The notes under the pieces: generated by a model | The model's database searches: none | The model's input: only the letters and a program-made list of their open reading frames with translations | What the model was told of the DNA's origin: nothing | In this document: positions 30,473 to 39,067 of the stretch, in pieces | Layout of the letters: each line of letters starts with the position of its first letter | Position numbering within the stretch: position 1 is the stretch's first letter | Made by a program: the position numbers and the translations under genes | Source: Pseudomonadota bacterium | Lineage (GTDB): Bacteria > UBA10199 > 2-02-FULL-44-16 > DYJF01 | Length of the DNA stretch: 64,000 nucleotides | NCBI GenBank assembly: GCA_043823065.1 | Contig: JBDRBB010000003.1 | Coordinates: 1 to 64,000, forward strand | Direction of reading: 5' to 3'

Positions 30473-32143
30473 ATGAAACTAGTTGAGTGCGTGCCTAATT
30501 TTAGCGAAGGCAAAGATAAAAAAATTCTGGACGCCATTGCTAATGAGATCAAATCTGTAGCTGGTGTTAAACTATTGGATATTGATCCAGGCGCAGCCAC
30601 CAATCGCACTGTTTTTACTATGGCTGGCCCTCCTGATGAAGTTGTGGAAGCGGCATTTTTAGCCATCAAAAAAGCTGCAGAGTTAATTGACATGAGCAAG
30701 CATAAAGGCGCTCATCCCAGATTTGGCGCCACAGATGTCTGCCCTTTTGTACCTATTTCTGGAATGACTATGGAAGATTGCGTGAAACTAGCAAAACGCC
30801 TAGGCAAGCGCGTTGGCGAAGAACTAAAAATTCCAGTTTATCTATATGACCAAGCTGCCCAAACTCCGCAGAGAGCAAGTCTGGCTGACGTACGCTCTGG
30901 CGAATATGAAGGCTTGCCTGAAAAACTAAAACAGCCCGAATGGAAACCAGATTTTGGTCCAGCCCAGTTTAATCCCAAAACCGGTGTTACGGCAATTGGC
31001 GCCCGCCAATTTTTAATTGCCTATAATGTTAATTTAAACACCACCAGCACCAAACTGGCCAAGCACATAGCTCTTAGTATTCGCGAAAAGGGCCGGGTAA
31101 AGCGCGATAAAGATGGCAACAAGGTGGTAGATGAAAACGGTGATGCTGTTTACACACCTGGTTTGTTTAAACATTGCCGGGCTACTGGCTGGCTTATTCC
31201 AGAATATAATTGTGCTCAAATCACCATTAACTTAACTGACTTTGCTGTTTCTTCCATGCATGAAGTTTTTGATGCTTGCTGTGAGCTGGCCCAAAAAGAA
31301 GGCGTGCGCGTTACTGGCAGTGAAATTGTAGGCCTGGTTCCTAAAAAAGCTATGATAGATGCTGGGCTACATTATCTTAAAAAACAAAAACAGAGTCGGG
31401 GCGTAACTGAAGATCATCTAATCCAAACTGCAATTCGTTCTCTTGGTTTAAATGATGTTTCAACTTTTGACCCAGAAAGGAAAATTGTGGAAAACAATTT
31501 CAAACAACCAACTCCGTTGGCCTCGATGAGTCTAAAAGCATTTGCTGAAGAGCTTTCTTCCAACTCCCCTGCCCCTGGCGGCGGCTCTGTGGCAGCTTTA
31601 GCTGGTGGATTATCAGCTGCCTTATCTTCTATGGTGGCCATTCTAACTTATGATAAAAAAGGTTACACAGAACTTAATCCAGAAATGGATGAAATAGGCC
31701 AAAAAGCCCAGATTAATCTGCGCGAACAAATTGCGGCAATTGATACAGACACCCAAGCCTTCAACAAAGTAATGGATTGTTTTAGCTTGCCCAAGAAAAC
31801 AGAAGCAGAAAAAAAATCTCGCACTCAAGCTATTGAAGAAGCAACTAAGCAAGCAACATTGATTCCTTTTAGTGTGTTGGAAAAATCAATTACTGCTTTG
31901 AAATGTGCCCAAACTTTGGCTGAAAAAGGAAGTGCCAATTCTGCATCAGATGCTGGTGTAGCTGGCCTTATGGGCTACAGCGCAGCCATGGGCGCTTATT
32001 ATAATGTTCTAATCAACCTATCTGGTATTAGCGATAAAAAATGGACAGCTAAAATTGAAAAAGACGCAGACAATTTGGCCAAAAAAGCCAAAGAGTTAGC
32101 TACAACCATTGAAAAAACAATGATTGCGAAGTTGAAGCCTTAA
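30473..32143 (+). CDS. ftcD: glutamate formiminotransferase / formiminotetrahydrofolate cyclodeaminase
   Basis: LVECVPNFSEG, HPRFGATDVCPF, SPAPGGGSVAA, SDAGVA. Confidence 0.95.
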   Translation: MKLVECVPNFSEGKDKKILDAIANEIKSVAGVKLLDIDPGAATNRTVFTMAGPPDEVVEAAFLAIKKAAELIDMSKHKGAHPRFGATDVCPFVPISGMTMEDCVKLAKRLGKRVGEELKIPVYLYDQAAQTPQRASLADVRSGEYEGLPEKLKQPEWKPDFGPAQFNPKTGVTAIGARQFLIAYNVNLNTTSTKLAKHIALSIREKGRVKRDKDGNKVVDENGDAVYTPGLFKHCRATGWLIPEYNCAQITINLTDFAVSSMHEVFDACCELAQKEGVRVTGSEIVGLVPKKAMIDAGLHYLKKQKQSRGVTEDHLIQTAIRSLGLNDVSTFDPERKIVENNFKQPTPLASMSLKAFAEELSSNSPAPGGGSVAALAGGLSAALSSMVAILTYDKKGYTELNPEMDEIGQKAQINLREQIAAIDTDTQAFNKVMDCFSLPKKTEAEKKSRTQAIEEATKQATLIPFSVLEKSITALKCAQTLAEKGSANSASDAGVAGLMGYSAAMGAYYNVLINLSGISDKKWTAKIEKDADNLAKKAKELATTIEKTMIAKLKP

Positions 32144-33042
32144 AAAGGATACAAAAACAAGCCACTAGTAAGCTTGGGCGCAAACCAGGTGGACTTAGGC
32201 GGCATAATTCCGCCTTCATCTGAAAGCTTGATAATATCTGCCATGGTTATTTTGGAAAGCGGACGTTTATCAGCTGGGCCAACCCAATTATATTCAAATA
32301 CCCTAACCTCTGTTTCCTGAAAGATTACTGCGGGAAAAAAATTATAAGGCTCTGTGCCATTGTGATTTGGGTTAGTCTTGCTCATTTCTTGCTGGACCCT
32401 GAAACCAGTTGCGCTACGATGATGACCATCTGCAATATAAAGCGCATCCAAACCAGCAAATAATTCCATCAATCTTTCAGGCTGACTTACTCGCCACAAA
32501 ATATGCTGCACGCCCAATTTATCAGTAACTTTATATAATAAAGCATCGCTTTCCTCTACTTTTACTTGCTCCCGAATGGCATCATTGTATTTATGTACTA
32601 AAATTACTGGCTCAGCATGAGCCTTAAGCGCTAAGGAATGTTTGGTTCTATCAATCACTTTTTCCTCGCGTGTTTTTTCATGCTGCTTGATTAAACCCTG
32701 TTCATATTCACTGGCTGATACCCCAGCCACCACTCCAGTTTGAATCCATTCCCCTGCAATCATACGATAAATATAGAGATTGGGTTGGTCTTGGAAAAGA
32801 TAATCCTGTTCTTTAAATCTATGCAGATTTCTGGCAGCTTTTTCATAAATCGCGTCATCATAGGGATAAACATTGGGCGGAAAATCAATCTCGGATTTGG
32901 TAATATGCAGCAATGAATATGGATTATCCTTGGCAAATTCCCTGGCCTGCTCTGATTCAATAACATCATAAGGAGGACAAATTATCTTATGCACCAAACT
33001 TAAGTTAGGAAGCAAGGCTGGAAAAGGGATTATTTTTGACAT
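32140..33042 (-). CDS. DUF1015-family protein (short form)
   Basis: PPYDVI, IKQHEKTREEK, YIADGHHRSA, MPPKSTWFAPKLTSGL. Confidence 0.85.
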   Translation of the reverse strand: MSKIIPFPALLPNLSLVHKIICPPYDVIESEQAREFAKDNPYSLLHITKSEIDFPPNVYPYDDAIYEKAARNLHRFKEQDYLFQDQPNLYIYRMIAGEWIQTGVVAGVSASEYEQGLIKQHEKTREEKVIDRTKHSLALKAHAEPVILVHKYNDAIREQVKVEESDALLYKVTDKLGVQHILWRVSQPERLMELFAGLDALYIADGHHRSATGFRVQQEMSKTNPNHNGTEPYNFFPAVIFQETEVRVFEYNWVGPADKRPLSKITMADIIKLSDEGGIMPPKSTWFAPKLTSGLFLYPF

Positions 33043-33101
33043 TATCTACGACCTCCTATATTTTTACGGACAATTCAAAAATTTAATGGAGATACCTGTT
33101 T

Positions 33102-34175
33102 ATGTCAACTAAACGCGTTTATAATTTTCATCCAGGCCCTGCAGCTATGCCATTAGAAGTTTTAGAAAAATTTAAAAATTCTTTCATGGACTTTGAGGGC
33201 ATGTCCATTTTTGAAATCAGCCATCGTTCGCAAAAATTTATCTCTATTTTAAATGAAACCAGAAAACTATTTAAAGATCTCTTAAATATTCCTGACAATT
33301 ATTATATTTTATTTCTACAAGGTGGCGCTGCCCTGCAATTTAGCATGGTGCCCTTAAATCTTATGGACAAGACTGCTGATTACATTGTCACCGGCAACTG
33401 GTCTAAACAAGCCTTGGCAGATGCTAACATTGTAGGTGAACCTAATGTAGCATTCAGTTCAGAAAAAACTAATTTTGATCATGTTCCTTTTCCAGATCAA
33501 ATCAAACTTAGTCTAGATAGCAGCTATGTTCATTTAACCAGCAACAACACTATTTATGGTACGCAATATCAGCATTTTCCTGAAACCCAGACTTTGCCTC
33601 TAATTGCCGATATGTCTTCAGATATTTTATCTAAACCCATTGATGTCTCCAAATTTGGTTTAATCTATGCTGGTGCCCAAAAAAATGTTGGCCCAGCAGG
33701 AGCCACCATAGTTATTATTAGAGATGATTTGGTAAAAACCTCTTATCGCAATCTGCCTGGTTATTTACGCTACGACAATCATGTAAAAAATGAATCTTTA
33801 TACAACACACCACCAGTTGGAGCTATATATCTGATACTCTTGAATTTGGAATGGCTGCAAAAAAACGGCGGCCTAAAAAATATGGCTAAAATTAACGAGC
33901 AAAAAGCCAAAATGCTTTATGCAGTAATAGATGAAACTGATTTTTATCAAGGCACAGCTCAAAAGGAGTCGCGTTCATTTATGAATGTGACCTTTACCCT
34001 ACCTTCTACCGAATTAACTGAGGAGTTTATAGCTAAGGCCAAAGAACATAATATTGTCGGATTAAAGGGCCATCGCAGCGTGGGTGGCATTCGCGCTTCT
34101 ATTTATAATGCGGTAACGCTGGAAGCTGTAGAGGCATTAACAAAGTTTATGCGGAAATTTAGGGAGGGGAAATGA
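33102..34175 (+). CDS. serC: phosphoserine aminotransferase
   Basis: YNFHPGPA, EISHRS, ADMSS, AGAQKNVGPAG, YNTPP, GHRSVGGIRASIYNA. Confidence 0.96.
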   Translation: MSTKRVYNFHPGPAAMPLEVLEKFKNSFMDFEGMSIFEISHRSQKFISILNETRKLFKDLLNIPDNYYILFLQGGAALQFSMVPLNLMDKTADYIVTGNWSKQALADANIVGEPNVAFSSEKTNFDHVPFPDQIKLSLDSSYVHLTSNNTIYGTQYQHFPETQTLPLIADMSSDILSKPIDVSKFGLIYAGAQKNVGPAGATIVIIRDDLVKTSYRNLPGYLRYDNHVKNESLYNTPPVGAIYLILLNLEWLQKNGGLKNMAKINEQKAKMLYAVIDETDFYQGTAQKESRSFMNVTFTLPSTELTEEFIAKAKEHNIVGLKGHRSVGGIRASIYNAVTLEAVEALTKFMRKFREGK

Positions 34176-35747
34176 AGTACAAAGTATTGTGCACTGATGG
34201 CTTTAGTGATGCTGGCTTAAACGAACTTAAAAAATATCCTAATCTAGATGTAACTTATGAGGCCTCTCTTTCTCATGAGGATTTGTTAAAAAAAATTGGT
34301 TCCTATAATGCGCTGATCGTACGTAGCGCTTCTCAAGTTTCAAAAGACGTAATTGAACATGGCTCTAATTTAAGAATTATTGTGCGCGCTGGGGTTGGCA
34401 CAGATAATATTGATTTAGAGGCAGCAACTGAACAGGGCATTTTGGTGGCTAATGCCCCTGCTGGTAACACAGTTTCCACTGCTGAATTAACCTTTGCCAT
34501 GCTCATGGCTTTGGCCAGGCACATTCCTCAAGCTGCCTGCACCATGGCTGCAGGTAAATGGGAAAAGAAAAAATTTAAGGGCGAAGAAATCTATCATAAA
34601 ACTTTGGGAATTATTGGCATGGGCCGCATCGGCCGCGAAGTTGCTCGCCGCGCCCAGGCTTTTGAAATGCAGGTTATGGGCTATGATCCATATCTAACAA
34701 AAGAACAATTTGAATCAATAAAAGTTAAACCTGCCACTGTGGAAGAAATATGCCAGCAAGCAGACTATATAACAGTGCATACCCCCTTTGACTGCTGAAA
34801 CAGAAAACTTAATCACTGCCAAGCAAATTGCTTTAATGAAAACCACCACCAGAATTATTAATTGTGCGCGCGGCGGTATTGTTAATGAAAAAGATCTGGC
34901 AGCTGCTCTGAAAGAAAAAAGGATTGCCGGCGCTGCTTTGGATGTTTTTACAACTGAACCTTTTAATGAAGATTTTTTTGAAGGCTTAGATAATTGTGTA
35001 CTAACCCCTCATTTGGGCGCCTCAACTGGCGAAGCCCAAGATGCTGTGGCTATTGAAGCTGCTCAAGCTGTGATGCAATTCTTTAGTGAAGGCATCTGTA
35101 ATAATGCAGTTAACCTAGTTGGCGCTGATCAAAAAACCTGGCAGGAGTTTAAACCACACATATCTTTAGCTGAACATTTGGGCGCTTTGGCCACTCAATT
35201 AGGCGCAGGCGGACTCTCGAAAATTATTTTTTGTTCTTCTAAAGAAATGCCCAGACTCCTGACCTTGGCCAGCCTAAAAGGTGCATTTAATACCATTACT
35301 GATGCTAATATCACCTTGGTCAATGCCGAAAAATTTGCCCAGGAACGCGGAACAAGCGTTGGCTCTGAGGTTTCTACCCTAGATCAAGATTTAAGAGACG
35401 CTATTGGCGTAAAAGTTTTTTCAAATGCAGGTGAAACTCAAGTTTGGGGCAAAGTGTTGGCTGATGGAACCTTAAAAATTATTCGCTGTTGGGATTATCG
35501 TGTGGATATTGATCCAGAAGGTTATATTTTATTTATCCACAATGAAGACACCCCAGGCGTAATCGGTAAAGTTTGCACAATTTTAGGTGAAAACAAGGTC
35601 AATATTGCGGAAATGCAGAACGTGCGCAAACACAAGGGAGCCGAGGCTTTAACTATTATTGGCGTTGACGAAGAAATTCCAGCTAAAACCTTGGAGCAGA
35701 TTGCCCAAGAAAAAGCCATAAAAGAAGTGAAATTAGTTAAATTATAG
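34172..35747 (+). pseudogene. serA: D-3-phosphoglycerate dehydrogenase split by a 1-nt frameshift (or assembly error)
   Basis: RAGVGTDNID and GMGRIG in 34172..34798; INCARGG, TPHLGAST and ACT domain in 34788..35747; removing one C from the C5 run at 34782-34786 restores VHTPLTAET. Confidence 0.85.
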
Positions 35748-35800
35748 GGATTTTTTGTTTGATATTTGTAAGGAATCTTGGTAGGCATCAGCAAATTTTC

Positions 35801-35873
35801 GGGGCTATAGCTCAGCTGGGAGAGCGCTTGACTGGCAGTCAAGAGGTCAGGAGTTCGATCCTCCTTAGCTCCA
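35801..35873 (+). tRNA. tRNA-Ala(GGC)
   Basis: GGGGCTATAGCTCAGCTGGGAGAGCGCTTGACTGGCAGTCAAGAGGTCAGGAGTTCGATCCTCCTTAGCTCCA; G3:U70 pair. Confidence 0.96.
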
Positions 35874-35874
35874 C

Positions 35875-35911
35875 AAAAAAAAGAAGTCACCCTTTAGGGT
35901 GGCTTTTTTTT
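35875..35911 (+). terminator. terminator after tRNA-Ala (duplicated at 39031-39064)
   Basis: AAGTCACCC-TTTA-GGGTGGCTT stem flanked by A and T tracts. Confidence 0.8.
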
Positions 35912-36083
35912 ATGCAGTTTAGCATTGATCGAACTGACGCCCAAAGGGCGTCTTGTTCCGACCTTCCTCAAGGGCTTTTTCTAATAAATGAAGTCCCAGA
36001 TGAGCGGAGCTCAGCTGGGAGATCCTCCTTAGCTCAGTCGTTCAGATGAAGCCCCTGACGAGCGATAGCGGGGGAAGGTCACT

Positions 36084-38666
36084 CTATAATCCCAACCAGC
36101 CTATTATACTTCTTTGCATTATATTATTTACTCTCTGATATTCATTCCAGTATTGACCCAGTAACCATCTACCTTCCGAGTCACATGTAACACCCCATGA
36201 ATCTACATATCTATTTTCACTTGCAATATAAGTAACTGCGTCATCATCATCTATATCTCTAGCACTTCTATTTGAAACTGATTCACCTGTACCATTAATT
36301 AGCCTTGTTGAAACAGCAGCTGCAAAGTCACTAAATGTACCATCAAGTCCCATCCAGTCACGGTTATCTTCACCCATACCTGAGATTGCATTTGATGCCC
36401 ATCTATATACTCTACCTGATAATGGATCAAGGCCTAGTCCTAATAAAACACCTCCAACCAAAGATACTGCAGCTACTGTTGCTGTAGCTATTGATATTGC
36501 TGCTCCTCCTAATGTTAGTCCAAGACCTGCTGCTGATACTGCCTCACCACCAACCATTACTGTTGCATGTGTAGCTAAAACAGCTAATCCACTTGATGCC
36601 AATACTCCACTTACTCTATTAAAAATGCTTTGTGAATTTAGCCCTATCAATTCTTGTGAAAAGCGTACACCTTGATCAATTATCATAAATGACAACATAC
36701 CTTGTGGTAAACCTCTTACAGCTGACCAACCATGAGCACGACCTGCTCTAAATGCTAAAGCAACTGCACCTGCAATTGGTGAAAAACATGCCGCATGATG
36801 TCCAACTGCAACTGATGTTGATGATCTATCCCAACCTGCATAATCTACAAATCTATCATACCCATAACCAGCTAGGTTTGATAAACCTATTATAATTGCA
36901 TTCATTGCTGTACCACCTAAAAATCCCATTGGTGTGAGCACGGATGATCTTGAGGTTTGACCAAAGGGCCTATCTGAAATGCCGACTCTCTCTGTAGTTT
37001 CTATTGCAGCAGTTCCATCTAAGCCAATTCTTAAATTATGTTCAATATCTACAACGCGCATTTCAGATCTACTACCTCCACCCGACCTTCCACCACTCCT
37101 AGGTGTTTCAGCTTCAGCAGTACCTGAAACAGGTTCCCATATATTTCGAAATAAGCCTTGTGCGCGAGATAGGCGGGCAGTAATATTTTGTATTGTCGAG
37201 AAGAGCTGCCTTGAATTTGAGCGCAACTCACGCTCGCTTCTACTGGAATCGATTACCTCTTGAGTTCTATCAACAATAGTTTGTATCTCGCTTCTAGCTT
37301 CTGCAGGCATTGGTTCTCGAAGTGCTGCTCTTAATTGCCTCAGCGTTCCTTTCAACTCGTTAACGGCTTCTTGATAGTCAACAAATTCATGCCCACCACC
37401 TCTCCTGATAATCTCTACTCGCATTTCATTTAATTCAGCGACAGAATTCCCAACACTCTCCGTCAACCTAGAAAGATTCGCTTGTTGCGCAATAACCGCA
37501 GCTCGCCTGGCCTGCTCTTCAGCCTGTTGCGGTGACACTTCATTAGGATCACGAAGTTCAACTAATTGCCTCATTTCTCTTTGTATTGTCTCACTAAACA
37601 AAGCGAGAACGCGATCATATTCAGAGGAAATACCATCGACATTAATATTGCGACTTCTGAAGTTTTCAATAAGACTGTATGCTGTTTGACCTGTATTGAT
37701 GAGCGTTCGAGCTGAATTCTCACTTAATGGCCCCCGTATAATGCGTAAAACAGAACGCATCATGAAGCGGATATTTGCATTTAGCTGATTAACTTGCCTA
37801 TTTGCGGCGCTACGATCGCTTAACTCAATCTGTGCCATAAGGTTTTGATAAGCAAAACTAGCTCTAGCTTTATCGTATTGTATTACGCTTGTACGATTAA
37901 TCTCTTCAGTTTCATGATATTGCTTTCGCAAATTTTCAACAAAAGCTTGATTAAGAAGCTCCAATATTCCTGCTGCATGTACCTGGTTTCTTGAAATAGG
38001 TGTAGTACTAGGTAGTATTTCAAAGCGACCCTCATGGAGAGCGTTGAAAAAGACCTCTATATGACGTGGTGTGGCAAAAAAATTATGTGTATCAAATGCT
38101 AATCCATCAATAACCGGGCGCATGTTTGCTCTTTGAATGGGCTCACCTACGACACGAAGAATAGCATATTCTGTTCGAAAGTTTCTTGTCATAAGAGCTA
38201 GCGTGTCATTAGCAACAAGGCGTACGGCAACACTACATTTATCATGCAGGATTCTACTGATAAGGGATATTACCGGAGTAATTTCTGAAGTACCTTCGGC
38301 AGGTCCAAACAGTTTTGACCTAACATCTCGAAGTATCCTTTCCATCGCTTCAGCATTTGGATCAACCTCTGTTTCTCCTGAAGTGGTAGTAGCTGAACCA
38401 GATCCCTTACTGCCTATAATTGATGCTATAGCAAAAGCTCCTCCTAAGATAGATGTTACAAGAAGCCCTTCATTTCCTAATAGCAGCCCCCTGCTAGCGT
38501 TGAGGGAGTTATCCTGACTAGCCTCGATATATTCTGATTCATTGGGAAAGTTATTTTCAATGGGCTGTGCTTCGTTTTGAGCTTCCTCTGGCGGTGTATC
38601 TGATGGCCAAAATTCAGATACAACCCTAGATATCCCAACTCCAATTAGTATAATATAGTTAAACAT
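36084..38666 (-). CDS. large orphan protein (860 aa), coiled-coil N-terminus plus hydrophobic C-terminal domain
   Basis: long ORF, GGAGA RBS; C-terminal ~285 aa homologous to the 27803..30340 product. Confidence 0.88.
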   Translation of the reverse strand: MFNYIILIGVGISRVVSEFWPSDTPPEEAQNEAQPIENNFPNESEYIEASQDNSLNASRGLLLGNEGLLVTSILGGAFAIASIIGSKGSGSATTTSGETEVDPNAEAMERILRDVRSKLFGPAEGTSEITPVISLISRILHDKCSVAVRLVANDTLALMTRNFRTEYAILRVVGEPIQRANMRPVIDGLAFDTHNFFATPRHIEVFFNALHEGRFEILPSTTPISRNQVHAAGILELLNQAFVENLRKQYHETEEINRTSVIQYDKARASFAYQNLMAQIELSDRSAANRQVNQLNANIRFMMRSVLRIIRGPLSENSARTLINTGQTAYSLIENFRSRNINVDGISSEYDRVLALFSETIQREMRQLVELRDPNEVSPQQAEEQARRAAVIAQQANLSRLTESVGNSVAELNEMRVEIIRRGGGHEFVDYQEAVNELKGTLRQLRAALREPMPAEARSEIQTIVDRTQEVIDSSRSERELRSNSRQLFSTIQNITARLSRAQGLFRNIWEPVSGTAEAETPRSGGRSGGGSRSEMRVVDIEHNLRIGLDGTAAIETTERVGISDRPFGQTSRSSVLTPMGFLGGTAMNAIIIGLSNLAGYGYDRFVDYAGWDRSSTSVAVGHHAACFSPIAGAVALAFRAGRAHGWSAVRGLPQGMLSFMIIDQGVRFSQELIGLNSQSIFNRVSGVLASSGLAVLATHATVMVGGEAVSAAGLGLTLGGAAISIATATVAAVSLVGGVLLGLGLDPLSGRVYRWASNAISGMGEDNRDWMGLDGTFSDFAAAVSTRLINGTGESVSNRSARDIDDDDAVTYIASENRYVDSWGVTCDSEGRWLLGQYWNEYQRVNNIMQRSIIGWLGL

Positions 38667-38793
38667 TCAATTCTCCATTCCCTTTTTTATCCAACCTAGA
38701 GATAACTAACGACAATAACATTGTTAGAAATCTGACTCGAAACAAATGTTTCATTCAATTTACAACACTACTATGTTCTCAATTTATACGAAA

Positions 38794-38820
38794 TTATCGT
38801 CAATTCTCCAAAAAAGTTGC
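38794..38820 (-). promoter_or_regulatory. sigma28/FliA-like promoter
   Basis: minus strand GCAACTTT-N11-GACGATAA upstream of the 860-aa gene. Confidence 0.65.
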
Positions 38821-39067
38821 TTAAAAAAATGAATTCTGTAGTTGTAATGCAAGAATGCTCTCCCTCAGAGCAGACACAGTGTTTGCTATTAATTTACAAC
38901 TAGTTACAAAACCCTATTAGGCGATTACTAACGTGGTTGTCGCGGGTTACAATCTTCCTTTATTTAAAATTATAATGCTGAAGTCCCTGACAAGCGTAAG
39001 CGAGAAAAGGGAGATCCTCCTTAGCTCCACAAAAAAAAGAAGTCACCCTTTAGGGTGGCTTTTTCTT

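Larger units (their letters stand above)
35857..39064. mobile_element. integrase-less genomic islet bounded by 52-bp direct repeats (tRNA-Ala 3' end plus terminator)
   Basis: GATCCTCCTTAGCTCCACAAAAAAAAGAAGTCACCCTTTAGGGTGGCTTTTT identical at 35857-35908 and 39013-39064. Confidence 0.8.

Noticed and set aside
35759..36049. 96-aa ORF and antisense 35522..35890
   Set aside because: They overlap tRNA-Ala and repeats; spurious. The same applies to 23119..23325 and 23151..23342 over tRNA-Gly.
36047..36080. Hammerhead ribozyme (CTGACGAG core-like)
   Set aside because: The required GAAA after stem II is missing and the sister copies do not keep the core; better explained as a REP-like repeat.
27803..38666. 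Diversity-generating retroelement explaining the two paralogs
   Set aside because: No reverse transcriptase, and no near-identical template/variable repeat pair differing at adenines; similarity is only at protein level.
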